A stretch of DNA of 63,470 bases, filler included, from Ministeria vibrans ATCC 50519 (GCA_943704425.1; 11 parts of 11 records of this genome joined end to end with filler, not necessarily neighbours in it), one strand, 5' to 3'; shown: positions 26,359 to 38,229, counted from the whole stretch's first letter. Translations and numbers: made by a program. The notes: generated from the sequence alone by a model not told the origin.

Positions 26359-27939
26359 TCAAACTTGAGTACCAAGATGGGGCTGATCTGATGGCGATTG
26401 AGAAGCACTTTTCTGAAGGGAGTCAGAATGGGATTGAGGTGACAGCGAAATGACCCCTTTGGCAAGTTTAGAGCGTAATTCGCAAACGCGCGTAAAGTGC
26501 GGACCGAGTGAGAGTTTGTCTCGCAAAGAGACCTCAGCGGCATTTTCACTGTGATCTGTGTTGACATAGGATGGAAAGTGCGAAGAAGCTGGTTCGGACG
26601 GTGATTGAGATTGAGATGGAGTTGAGTTGAGAGAGAGAGCGGATTGGTTCCAGTTGAGGATCCACTGTTGGGCGTTTGAGAGGAGGGTAGGGTCAGCGGG
26701 AGAGTCGCAACTGGCAATAGCGTGGACTTCGTAGAGAGCGGAGCGCGCGGGAAAGCTGGAGGGAAAGTGAGCGGATTGATCGGCGATGGAACCACCCAAG
26801 TGCATAATTTCAAGAGTAGCCGTGTTTTCGGGCATGTGGTTGGCCCGGTGGGAGGCGATGAGGGAGGCGAGGGAGTCGGGGAGAGACGGGAGAAGGAGAG
26901 AGCGGGACCAGAGGTAGTGGCGCCCGGGCGAGTTGGCGGAGTCGTAGGCCGAGTAGAGATCAAGGGCGGTGATGGAGGAACGAGTGGTGAAAGAGTGGCT
27001 AGGATGGGATTCGAGGAAGGCGCAGGCGGAGACGATGGGGGCTTCGTCGTCGAAGACGTCGACGCGGGTGTTGCGGGGAGGAGACTGGACGGCGACGAGC
27101 AGCACCTTGTCGTGCAGGAAGAAGGCGAAGATGGAGAGAGAGGTGGATGCCGAGGCGCACACGCGGTTGTACATGGTGAGAAGGGAGATGCACCCGGCCG
27201 TGTCTGAGGCGGGAATGTCGAAGAAGAGCTCGGAGCGACGCAGGGCTGTCGAAGCGATGGGAGGCATGGGCAGTAAGGAGAGGCGCAGAAGACGAATCTC
27301 AAAGCGCACGACGACAACACCCAAGTTATGACCGGCGCCGCGGAGTGCACGTAGGATGCCATGGGTGTCGTTGTCGTCGGTGAGGTGGATGATTTTGTCA
27401 GAGGTGCCCAGCGCGACCCACACTGAGACGAGCTGGTCACAAGCGAGACCGAAACGCCGCGAAAGCCAGCCAATGCCGCCGCCAAGCGTCAGGCCGGCAA
27501 CACCCGTGTGCGAGACCAGGCCGGCAACGCACGCGAAGCCGTGGTCCTGCGCTGTGCGCTGTACATCGCTCCAAAGCGCACCGCCCGCCACAACGCACGT
27601 CTGTCCTTTGCGATCGACTGTAACTTCCCGCCGCAGCGACAAATCAACGCAGACGGCGCCGTCGTCGAGGCATTTCCCCGAGACGGAGTGGCCCCCGCCG
27701 CGCACCGTCACGCGCAGCTGCTCGCTGCGGCAGAATCGCAGTGTTTCCACCACTGCTTCGTCTGATCGCACCTCAACCACACAAGCCGGTCGTTTGTCCA
27801 CCGACGCGTTCCAGCACCGCCGTGCCCGATCGTACGCATCGCCATTGTCCTCCCCAATGACGTTGCCGCTGTCGCCAATCGCGCTGCGCAGTGCTTTGAG
27901 CTGAGAGGGTGTCATGAAAATATTGACATTATTCACCAT
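26359..27939 (-). CDS. Intronless FAD-linked oxidase (VAO/berberine-bridge family)
   Basis: RPACVV, VRGGGHS (covalent FAD His), TGVAGLTLGGGIGWLSRRFGLACD, ALRGAGHNLGVV, SYVN. Confidence 0.9.
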   Translation of the reverse strand: MVNNVNIFMTPSQLKALRSAIGDSGNVIGEDNGDAYDRARRCWNASVDKRPACVVEVRSDEAVVETLRFCRSEQLRVTVRGGGHSVSGKCLDDGAVCVDLSLRREVTVDRKGQTCVVAGGALWSDVQRTAQDHGFACVAGLVSHTGVAGLTLGGGIGWLSRRFGLACDQLVSVWVALGTSDKIIHLTDDNDTHGILRALRGAGHNLGVVVVRFEIRLLRLSLLPMPPIASTALRRSELFFDIPASDTAGCISLLTMYNRVCASASTSLSIFAFFLHDKVLLVAVQSPPRNTRVDVFDDEAPIVSACAFLESHPSHSFTTRSSITALDLYSAYDSANSPGRHYLWSRSLLLPSLPDSLASLIASHRANHMPENTATLEIMHLGGSIADQSAHFPSSFPARSALYEVHAIASCDSPADPTLLSNAQQWILNWNQSALSLNSTPSQSQSPSEPASSHFPSYVNTDHSENAAEVSLRDKLSLGPHFTRVCELRSKLAKGVISLSPQSHSDSLQKSASQSPSDQPHLGTQV

Positions 27940-28737
27940 TGTTTTTTAATTTTTTTGATTAAAATATGATCACACACTGATCACATAAGAGAAGATCTTT
28001 TCCCCTTCACTTAATCTTCTTGGCGGTGAGTTGGCGAATGGCGACTTGGCGCTAGACTGAGTAGCCTATGGAAGCAATAAGTATTGTATTCATTGTATTA
28101 TATATTCTTCTTCTTGAGTGAACTTCTTCATTTCTCATCCTATGTATTAATTATCATGTATTATTACGTCATCAGACTTTGTGGGACTTTTTTGTTTTCG
28201 AGAAGTGTATCCTTCCCCCCAAGGGAACAGATAGTCACAAGAAGTAAATCAAAGCCTACTCATTTGATTGAAGTCGAAGCACTTCTAAATAATAATAATA
28301 ATAAGAATAATAATTATTATTATTAATAATAATAGTTGAATATCATTCTTACAGAATAATTGATTTGGTTGACGGCATGATGCTCAAGGTTGAAACAATA
28401 CATATTGCAACGAGTTTGTGACTTTTTCTTTGTCATTTCTTAACTATTAGCTCGTGAAACGCTCAAAAATATAGTACTAATAATATTTTCGTTACAATTA
28501 TTAGTCTTTAAAATCCCAATCACAGGACATATAACAGATATAATATTACTTTACTCATACTCGATAAGTCAATCCGCCTCAATGGTTACTGCCAATGAAG
28601 CACACCATAAATATTAAAGAAAAAAATAATTATTATTAGAAGTTGACTTTTTTGGCGGTTGATTGTTGCAAGTCGAATAAGAAAACTGGATCAATCTGAC
28701 TATTCAATTATTTTTCTTACGTTTTCCGCAAAAATAC

Positions 28738-29516
28738 ATGAGAACGAAGATGAAGCGAGCAAGAATGTCACCTGTTCGTCGACCAGCTCCTGCGGAAAAG
28801 GCAAACACGGTCTCTTCAGCTGGCAAAGTGACCATTTACGCTCGCCCACAACCGACAACAACGTCTCTCGAGGAGATCATGTTCCCGTCCGACCAAGCGA
28901 CTGTGGTTCTTCAGTCTATTGATTCCAATACAATGATGGTGGGTGAACTTGTTGTGTCCTATTGTCAGAAGGACTGTTCTTTTTGGGTAATTATAACAAG
29001 GCGGAAAAATGCGGAGTTGACAAAACAATAATCCCCCCCCCCACCCCCCACCTCCCCCCGCAGGTGTCTGGAGCCTCCATTGACCATCGTGTGCCGCCGA
29101 CACAACAAAAGAAATCGTATGTCATTGTGTCAGCCTCCTCCTACGTTGGACCTAACGGAAGTGTGACGACGGAGCTTGATCTTGATGGCGAGGACAACGA
29201 TCTCCCTGAAACGCTGCGCGCTCTACAAAACCGAGTGACGGAACGCTCTGTCGGCGTTGCGACTCAACAACGTCGTCGAACTGAAGTAGGTGTTTTGCGT
29301 TGCGACTTTATCGAAAGCGTGAGTGCCTTCCTTGACGACGGCTACGAGTTGCACGGAGGATTAGTGTCAAACTTGTCTAATAGCAATCATTCAATCTACC
29401 ACCAAGCACTCACCTTCGACAGTGAAGTGCTCAGTGACGAGTGGGAGATGATCAATCGACGACTGTTTCAAGGAAATAAATCGCGAGCACCGTCGGTGAC
29501 GTCGACGAGCGCTTGA
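28738..29516 (+). CDS. Hypothetical protein, 2 exons, with C-terminal DUF1737-like segment
   Basis: Intron ~28940-29063; FIESVSAFLDDGYELHGG...YHQAL; N-terminus shared with the ORF at 38027-38229. Confidence 0.6.
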
Positions 29517-29927
29517 ATTGTTATTAATTATTCATGGATTATATTAATTTTAAGTTGAATTACTATTGTGCGTTTTTATTCATCAACAGACTAGAGTAGA
29601 TTTTTAATTGTTAATAATAGTAAAAGCATGAGACTATTGTCTATGAGCGCTACATTGTTTTGCGGTTAGTCTTTATCATTTTCTCAATTTCATTCTCTCA
29701 ATTTCATTCTCTTAATTTCATTCTCTCTTCTTCACATTAATTGGTCCACTCCGTAAATTAATTATGAATCCTTGTCTTCCATGCATTTCTCCACATAAAC
29801 CCTTTCAACCTCAGTGGGTTGAGTGCCGATTCACAATAATAATTCCAAATCTTGTTTTCATTTGTGGTTTGTTCTCGTTTCATTTATACAATAGTTAATC
29901 ATTAAAATCTCAGTGGCACTCTCTTCT

Positions 29928-30273
29928 TCATTTGGTCGACACCATAAAATCCTTCCGTCCCGTGTATTTCTCTGCAAAGGCCCGTCCGAGTGCAGTGGGT
30001 TGCGTAAATGCGACGGTTCTTCGTTCGCGCACAAAACTCCCAAACACAAAATTTTCGCGCGCACAGTCACACAATTCAGTCGCAATTCCGCTCTTCCGCG
30101 CTCCCTCGCACACCCAAATGAACTCAATGCTCAGCTGCACTTGGACATCACTCAACTTTGTGCTACACACAAAAAAGTTAATTGCAGGGTTTATCTAATA
30201 TAAAGCAAATTGGTTGCTCTAGTTCAAAACGATTTCAACATGAAATATTTTTCACCTTTGAGTTTTTTCTTCT

Positions 30274-30305
<32 letters not shown>

Positions 30306-31595
30306 TTTTTCTTCTTCTTCTTTAAACTGTGTCTCTCCCCCAAACCGATTTCCGCTCTCTCTTCGATCCACGATCGCACATCCCACAATTTGATTCGATC
30401 GAACATACAAAAATGCCTAAAAAGCACAGGGCGTGTAAACTATTCTTGTTTTTTCTATGTTTTTTATTACCTTTTGCGTCTCTGTAAATTCCATTGCAAG
30501 ATTTCCCAATGAATCAGCCATAAGCGACTGAACTTCCGTCAACTATAAAAGATGAAAAATGAAAAATTAAATTCATATTGTTTCTGTTTACGTTTTTACC
30601 TTTTGTCTCTCTTTCACTGTCATTGATTGGTCAAGCATCACAATACGATCCAACTCGGCAACCCCTTTCCCTTTCAGATTATACGATGATACAGTGCGCT
30701 TCTTCGCCCAATCACCTAAGCCAAACAGCGAAAGTAAAGCGAGTGCAAAAATAAGTTGAGTCATACGTTGAACGGGGAGTCCCAGTCGTTTTGATTCCCA
30801 CAGTCGATGGGCAGCTTTGTGTGCGTCTTCGTCCTCCTTTACATGGCGCCAGTACAGCTAGCGCAAAAAGGCAATAGTGGCGTGAGGAAGACAGATTGCG
30901 CGTGAGTGAGGGAGTGGAAAAGTGAGTGAGTGAGTGAGTGAGTAAACGAGTAAGCAAGTGTAAAAGTGAGTGAGTGAGTGGGTATGTGTGTGAGTGAGTC
31001 AATGAGGAATCAAGTGAGTGTGAGTGAGTAAAAAAAGGAAGCAAGTGAGTAAGAGAGTAAGCAAGTGAGTGAGAGAAGAGCAAGCGAGTGAGAAAGAGAG
31101 TAAACAAGCGAGTGAGTGAGTGAGTACTGTTTTGCATTCAGGACATTGAGCGCGTCCAATGTCCCTCTGACCCACATCCAAATAGGTTTGCGTGCCAGAC
31201 GACTTCTTTGGCGGCGACGACTTCTTGGCGGCACTTGCGGTCTTGGCCAGCACGCCTCGCAATGATCTGGGGGCGACGGGAACATAAGAATGAGACGGAG
31301 AGGAGAGATTCAAACTCAGTACCGAGTCAGATCGTTGTCAAACGTTTCTGTCGACTTCTTCCGCTCAAACAGCGGATGCAGCTTCAATTGCTTGCTCGGG
31401 TTCTGCGGGGACGGTGTACGTGTGTGGGATGCCGAGGACGACGACGCTCGTGCAGGCGAAGAAGGAGAGTGGGATCTGCAGTAAGACAAGTAAGAGACAT
31501 TGCTCCCGATCAATGTGTCCTCACTCGTCCTGCTCTGCGTCAACAGCGTCGCGCTTCCTCTTCCAAGACATTGGTGGGTCCTCTATCCTCAGCAT
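29928..31595 (-). CDS. ECO1: Cohesin acetyltransferase Eco1/ESCO, ~8 exons
   Basis: QTYLDVGQ...CPEC|LY......DEDAH...H zinc finger; IVGCAIV; IWV...RKSGIATEL.D..RENFVFG...AFTQPT..G..FA..Y. Confidence 0.88.
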
Positions 31596-32009
31596 GGGGC
31601 GAAATCAGACAAAAAAGAAGTGACTCTAGTCTATACTGAATTGAACTTTGGAGAATGATCACAGATTGGAAAGTTGCGCGCCAAAAATTCAAAAAATATT
31701 ATTATTATTGTTATTATTATTATAATCGGCGGAAGTATTGTGCTACTCTTTTGTCTTGTATATTATCTTGTTTATGAATTATGAGTTGTTTTGACATCGA
31801 GAACAGCTCTCTATACTCGATATTTTTTCAGCTGATTCTTTGTTTTTCACAACAAAAAATTGTTATAACTGTGCACTTTCGAAAAGAAAGAAGTCAAAGA
31901 TTAGAAAAACAAACTTTGCTGTCGCAGAGACATATAAGAAATCGATCGATAACATAATTATTGTACTGCTTTGATCTGTCTCTCTCGGCTCTTTTTCTTT
32001 CGGCTCTTT

Positions 32010-35000
32010 TCACTTCCCATCCCTGAACAGCAGAATGTCTCCGTCGTTGCGTGTGCCCAGCCACTCATCCCACATGCGCCCCACCACCATTGCCTGGTAC
32101 GTGTTCGCCGTGTCCATCTCCCGCAGTCTCTGCCGCAGTCCCACCGCAGTAATGTGCTCTTCTCCGTCGCGAAACGCCTCCAGTGTTGCGGGTTCCAGTG
32201 CGCGCAGTAGCAACTCAGTCAGACGAGTGTACTTGGAGACCATCACCACCTTTCCATCAGGTTTAGTCCATGGCACTTGCTCGTGCGACATGTAACTGCT
32301 CGTGTCCCCCAGTGAGCTGGCGAGAAGCTGGCGTGAGTACCCGTGCTGAGCGACTGGGCTCCCAAATGCCAGGTCATGCTCCGGCTTGAGCAGTGCGCCC
32401 GACCAGCAGAAATCGCACACAACCAGAATGTTGCACCCGGGCCACTGCACAGTGGCTGTCAACAAACCCTTCAAAGCATCGAGATTGAATCGCGAAAACG
32501 GACTGAAAATGTTCGGGGCAAACTCAGTCCGCTCGGCATCACTGAGCAGCAAACCGCCCTGACTGTCCTCCGCTCCGTGGCCCAGTAAGTGCACAATAAG
32601 CAGCGCGTCTCGTCCCACTCCTTCCCCCACATCTCTCACCAATCGACGTGTCGCTGCCCCAATCTCAAATGCAGTTACTTGGTCTCCTGCGCTCGTGTCC
32701 GTCACACTCTGCACGCTGAAGCCGCGTCCCTTCCACAGACTCTCCAGCGCACTTACACTCCGACGCACTCCAGGCAAGTCAGGAAAAGCCGCCAAATGAG
32801 CATTCGTCGTCGACTCGTAGCAACTCACGCCCACAATCAATGCCGCCGCGTGGACGTACCGACGTGACATTGTGAGACCTGGGCAAAATCCATGAGTTAT
32901 TGACAATAATGAGAGTCTAAAAGAAAATTGATTTTTTTTTTGTCTTTTCCTCGCTACTTACCGGCTCTTTTGGTCCACCACTCTTCGAGTTTCTCGTTGC
33001 ACACCCGCGGTTCCTTGCTGTGCAGCACCGCAGCCAGCGTACCTTCTTCTCGGTACACCTCGGGTGACGCAGCCACATCCAAAGGTCGGAACAGAGGCAG
33101 TGATGGTTTCATTGGACTCGCGGGCACAAGCACAGAAGCACCACGCCATCCCCACCGCAGACTCCGCGTCTGGTCACACACTCCCGTGCTCACCCGATGC
33201 AACGTCGCCACTACTCGCTCAGGTGGTCCCCCATCGTCAAACACCTCCACACGGATGAAATCCTCACCCACATTCAGACGCAGTCGCACAGGAGCACAAC
33301 CGCCCATCACAAGCTTATCTGTGCATCGCTGAGTCGCTCGGATCGCACACACTTTCATCGTCTCGCGCCACAGCGCCACCACAACCAGATGGAAGGTCGC
33401 CAGTGACACGGGAAGCACGGAGCGCGTGTCCTCTTCGTCTTTCACCACCTGGTACAGCATCACCTGTACTGGTGCGGTTGTCGCTTTCTCAACAAACGGT
33501 GCATGATCCGGCAGAAGCATCGGCACGAGCAAACGAGTGTTGTGTTGGAACACAAGACTCAGTCGCTCAAGTGCCGAAAAAAGCGACGGCCCGTCTGGGA
33601 CGTCCGCACCAGCCAGGAGCGGCTCGCCCTTCGCCTCACGCGCCGCCGCAGTCCACACGAGCCACAGCGCAACGTCAACAGGGAATCCCTCTTCCGAGAA
33701 ATGGCGTGCCTCGTCCAGCTCGGCAAACAGCTTCAACGTCTTTTTGTTGTCCAGTCGCCGTCCTGCCGCCTTCACCAGATCAAGCATGTCAAGTGCGCGA
33801 TCACTCGTCGCCCGCTTCCACTGTGCCATCACCACCGAGCACAGCAACTCAACAGCTGCAATCAGACGCGGCACATCAAACACAATCGTGTCCGAAGCAC
33901 TCACGCCTCGCGCACTCGAGTTCTCACGACACACCAACACATCCGCAGCCTCCTCAAGATATGGCACCAGTCCTGTACGGAGTGCGTGCTCGTCGGGAAC
34001 CAGCGACCCGACTGTGATGACCGGTGTGGTCTCACTCAAAACGATTCTCGGCAGATCAGCGACAGACGACAGCAGCTCAATGCGGCCCTTCCGCGACCAT
34101 CGACCAACCAGATCCTGTGCACACACATACTCCAGTGGCAATCGCCGACCACGCACTGCAGCACGCATCCCCTTGCTGAGGTCGCGCAGGCCAATGCCCT
34201 TTGCGCTGCCCACTTGAAAGAACGGAGTGCGACCAGACCCAGGCAGAATCAGGTGATTGCCCAACACCGGTCCCACAACGCGATCAATCTCATCAGAGAC
34301 AGTGCGCAGCAGCGAGGACGGCGCGGTGTCGTCGGGGAGCGTGTCGAGGTGGGTGCCCACAATAAGCACACGGAAGTACGACGAGAGCGTCTCCGGCACT
34401 TGGTGCGCAATCAGGTGAGCCCACTTGGACAGGTGCTCGTACTGTCGCCGTGCTTGTGTGGCGTCGTTCATGACGGACAGGTCAAAGACGAGGATGTAGG
34501 CCGACTCGGATCCCATAAAAAGCGCAGGCAGCGAGTCAAACATTGCTTCACCTGATGTAATAAAAAAGAAATCAGTGTCTATCCGAGGCACAGTGAAACT
34601 GTCAATTCTTTCTCACCGGCAAAGTCGAAAGTGTCAAGATCAATGTGCTGCTCACTCAGTTCGCCCTTGAGCAGGTCTTGGACCGCACTCATCGTGAGGG
34701 CACTGGCACTGGCAGTAGTCGCAATGGGAGTGGCAGGTGATGGTGTCATGGGCGTCGTGGTTGATGATGATGTTGTTGGCACAGGGTGAGCTGAAGCAAT
34801 CACTGCCGAGGGCCCACTCGACATACTCCCTGTAGTTTCACTCTCTCCGTCTCCGTCTCCTCCTCCTCCTCCTCCTCCTCCGTCCTCCTCCACCAACACC
34901 ACCTTCTTCTCTCCAATCATGCTCTTCAAACGGTACTCCTCCACCGGCACTGCCTCAAAGAAGCCCCCCTCCTTGTTGAACACCAGTCGCATGCGCTGAA

Positions 35001-35310
35001 ATCGTGTGGCAATCGACCGGGCTTCCTTCCCGGGCAATGAGTGTCCCTGCAGTGCCGCAAGCAGCGCCGTCTTGCCCGCCATCGTTGCACCCATAAACAA
35101 CACCTTCATCGACAGTGACTCAACCGACCCGCGACCCAGCGCCGACTTGAAGGCTGATCGGTGGAATGTGTTCCTGCAAGAAACACAAAAAGAGTGTGAT
35201 GTGACTGTGTTTGGGAGTGAGTGTGTGTGTCTCTTACGGATCGTGCAGTTCGAGCGTGTCAGTGACGGACCAATCAAATGTATCTGGCTCACAGTGAATG
35301 TGGAGTGTCT
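32010..35310 (-). CDS. Roco protein: Roc GTPase + COR + C-terminal caspase-family (C14) protease, 5'-partial
   Basis: G1 GATMAGKT, G3 DFAG|E, G4 VGTHLD; COR ...LLVPMLLP; in-frame phase-1 intron 32961-32879 joins to ALIVG...HLLGHG...DFCWSG. Confidence 0.82.
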
Positions 35311-35477
35311 GTCCGTCCAAAGAAAACTCAATCGATTTGGGAGCACTGAGAACAAAAGCGAAAATGAGTCAAACAAGNNNNNNNNNNNNNNNNNNNNNNN
35401 NNNNNNNNNNNNNNNNNNNNNTTAATTAATTAANNNNNNNNNNNNNNNNNNNNNNNNNNNNNNNNNNNNNNNNNNNN

Positions 35478-35591
<114 letters not shown>

Positions 35592-35743
35592 CGTCGTTTT
35601 TAATTATTTCGGTCTGATTGATTTGAGATGATTTTTATCGATTCTTTTGTAAAGAAAATTGGGACTGCAGTCAATGGGTGTCAGTTTTCATTTTTTGCTC
35701 TGGCGGTCTGCTCATTTTTTTTGTTTTCTTTTTCTGAATGTAT

Positions 35744-37258
35744 AGGGGCGCGTGGATATCTCCGTTTCTGCCTTTGGTTGCTCCAGCTGACAATACTCCC
35801 GTCAACTCGCACCAATTCTGCCGGTCGCTCATAAAGTACCTCAATGCGTATAACCTCGAACCTCTCAGACTGTGCGCAGAGCGAGTGGCGCGTCATGACT
35901 TTAGTGCCATCAAGCGTAACCAATCACAGGACACCTTATGAAGCAATCAAAGTTTAAACGCCGTATATTTAGATGCACGACTGGTTTGCTCTGTGCCCGG
36001 AAGTCATCAGAGTGAAAACGAGTGGGGGCATCGTCGTCTGCGCTGGCTGTTGCGTCGCGCCACCCCGTCCCCAAACATTGTTGGACAGTTCTCGAGCATT
36101 GGGACGCTTGGTCCGAAGGCAAAGTGGCTCACCGACGAGTTCCTTCTCTCTCTGTGTGGCGGTGATTTTGCAGCGGTACTTGTCACAAAGATTGAAAGGA
36201 GAGAAAAGAGGAAGAAAGAAACAAAGTGATAGATAGTGATTATATGTGAGTGTCTCTCTATGTGTGTGTGTGTATGTGTGAGTGCGTGTGTGTGAGTGTG
36301 TGTGTGTTGTGTGTGTGTGTAAGAGTGTTGATTTGCGAATTGTTTCAATCTGCCTATCATTTGATTCGCTTTGGGTGTGAGTGGGAGATTGAAATTTGTA
36401 TTTGCGTGTGGAAATTGAGAATTTTCCTCTTTTTGTTCAACTTTTCGTCTGGTATTCATCGAGGACTTTCCCACTTCTGTCTTTTTTTTTTTTTTTTTTT
36501 TTTTTTTTTNNNNNNNNNNAGGTGCCGACACGGTGGACTTTGTTGTAGGCGAGGGGTTCCATGCAGATGGGACATGGTCTTTCGGTGCACAGACGCGCAA
36601 CGCTCGACTGCGCCTCATCTTTCCGACCGTGGACAACATTCGGGAGTCGCTTGAAGGCTATGCTGGCGGTCGCTCTGTTCCCTATCAACAAAAAACACAC
36701 GTCAAGCAGGTTTGAGAGCGTAAAGTACTATAATTTGACCTCCAATGTTAAAAATTTCTCTTCTTTCAATTTTTTTTTGTATTCTTTTTTTTCTTCAATT
36801 TTTTCGTGGGATAGTCGTCTGAGATGCGTCAGTTGCGACTGTTTCATTCGTGGCAATGTGGGCAGAGCGGTCGAACGCGCACTGTTCCCCACATTAAGAC
36901 ATATGCCGGATACTCCTCTGCTGATGCGCTCAACTTTGCGTACGTGGGCAGTCACAACCTAAGTAAGGCAGCGTGGGGATCGGTAAACAAGGGCGACGGG
37001 GCGCTTTTTATTCGCTCTTTTGAGGTTGGTGTGGTGTTTGTCTCTGGTCCCAAATTGAAACTTGTGTACGCCCCGACGGGGAGGATGGACAAGGAGACCG
37101 AGCGAAGGAATGGAAAGGAGAAGGAGGCGGAATGCGACGTATTGGTTGTGCCTTTACCCTATGACCTTCCGCCGGTGGAATACACACGCGACGACGCTCC
37201 GTGGGTCTGCGACGTGCCGTATCGTGAACCCGATGCGTTGGGCGAAACTCAGCTGTAA
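35744..37258 (+). CDS. TDP1: Tyrosyl-DNA phosphodiesterase 1, 5'-partial, spans a 10-N gap at 36510-36519
   Basis: WGHRRL, GQFSSIGTLG, IFPTVDNIRESLEGYAGG, PHIKTY, SHNLSKAAWG, IRSFEVGV, PLPYDLP. Confidence 0.93.
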
Positions 37259-37320
37259 TAATAATAATAATTAATAATTAATATAATAGTAATAATAATA
37301 ATAATAAGAAGAAAAAGAAT

Positions 37321-37610
37321 ACAACCCATTTATTAATGATACAGTCACCACGCGAAGACACACCCAGACCGTTTTGCAAACTCAACCAAAACTCTAGAGG
37401 TAACATGGGAGAACAGTGGCAGGTCATAGTGCTGTGTCGACGCTATCCAGTGAGGCAAAATAATAATAATAATAATAGTGAAGCAACCCATTTTTAATGA
37501 TAGAGTAATATAATAATAATAATAGTTAGAAACAACCCATTTTAATGATACAGTAATAATAATAATAATAATAGTTAGAAACAACCCATTTTAATGATAC
37601 AGTAATAATA
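37321..37610. repeat. Four copies of CAACCCATTTT(A)ATGATACAGT, the last three in ~48-nt tandem units
   Basis: Copies at ~37322, 37484, 37533, 37581. Confidence 0.8.
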
Positions 37611-37827
37611 ATAATAATAATTAATAATAATAATAATAATAACTAAGTTATTGATTATATTTTTTAAGGGGTGTGTAGGTAGAAGAATAAAAAAAAAGTA
37701 ATTTTTCGAGCTGCTGCATAAATAACTTATAACTGCTGAAAGCAAAAAAAAAAGTAACTTTTCGAGCTGCTGCATAAAAATAAGTAACAACTTATAACTG
37801 CATGAAAGCAAAAAAAAAAAAAAAGAA

Positions 37828-37909
37828 TGGAGTCAGCAGGAATCGAACCCGCGACCTCGTCGATGCTAACGACGCGCTCTACCAAAGAAGCGTACTGAGC
37901 TATAACCCC
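37828..37909 (-). tRNA. tRNA-Ala(AGC) with enlarged D-loop
   Basis: GGGGTTA/TGACTCC acceptor stem with G3:U70; anticodon arm CGTCG-TTAGCAT-CGACG; T arm GCGGG-TTCGATT-CCTGC; downstream T-run terminator. Confidence 0.9.
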
Positions 37910-38026
37910 AATTCAGACCGAAATGANNNNNNNNNNNNNNNNNNNNNNNNNNNNNNNNNNNNNNNNNNNNTTAATTAATTAANNNNNNNNNNNNNNNNNN
38001 NNNNNNNNNNNNNNNNNNNNNNNNNN

Positions 38027-38229
38027 TCATCGATAGATTGCAGGATGATGGTCGGCGCATCGGCAGGGAAGAGGGTCATCTCGAGGGGCGTCGTGGTTGG
38101 CGGTGGAGGTGCATACACACTCAAAGTGCCCGCGACGCGACCAGCCGCCGTTTGAGAAACTCCACCAAACACTGCCTGAGGGATGTTTTGTTGTGCGAAC
38201 ATCGCCTTCGCGGACAAGGGTTTGGACAT
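38027..38229 (-). CDS. Hypothetical protein, paralog of the gene at 28738, 3'-partial
   Basis: GTLSVYAPPPPTTTPLEMTLFPADAPTIILQSID aligns with the 28738 ORF. Confidence 0.65.

Noticed and set aside
29680-29730. Three tandem copies of TTCTC(A/T)ATTTCA-like units
   Set aside because: Short local AT-rich duplication with no further structure
30900-31125. Dense run of GTGAGT splice-donor-like motifs
   Set aside because: Degenerate (GAGT)n microsatellite on the antisense strand of an Eco1 intron
32010-32906. Stand-alone metacaspase gene
   Set aside because: An in-frame GT-AG intron links it to the COR exon, and the ~80-nt gap leaves little room for a separate promoter
37321-37610. Repeat-spacer pattern resembling a CRISPR array
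   Set aside because: Eukaryotic context, spacers are mostly TAA runs, irregular spacing, no cas genes
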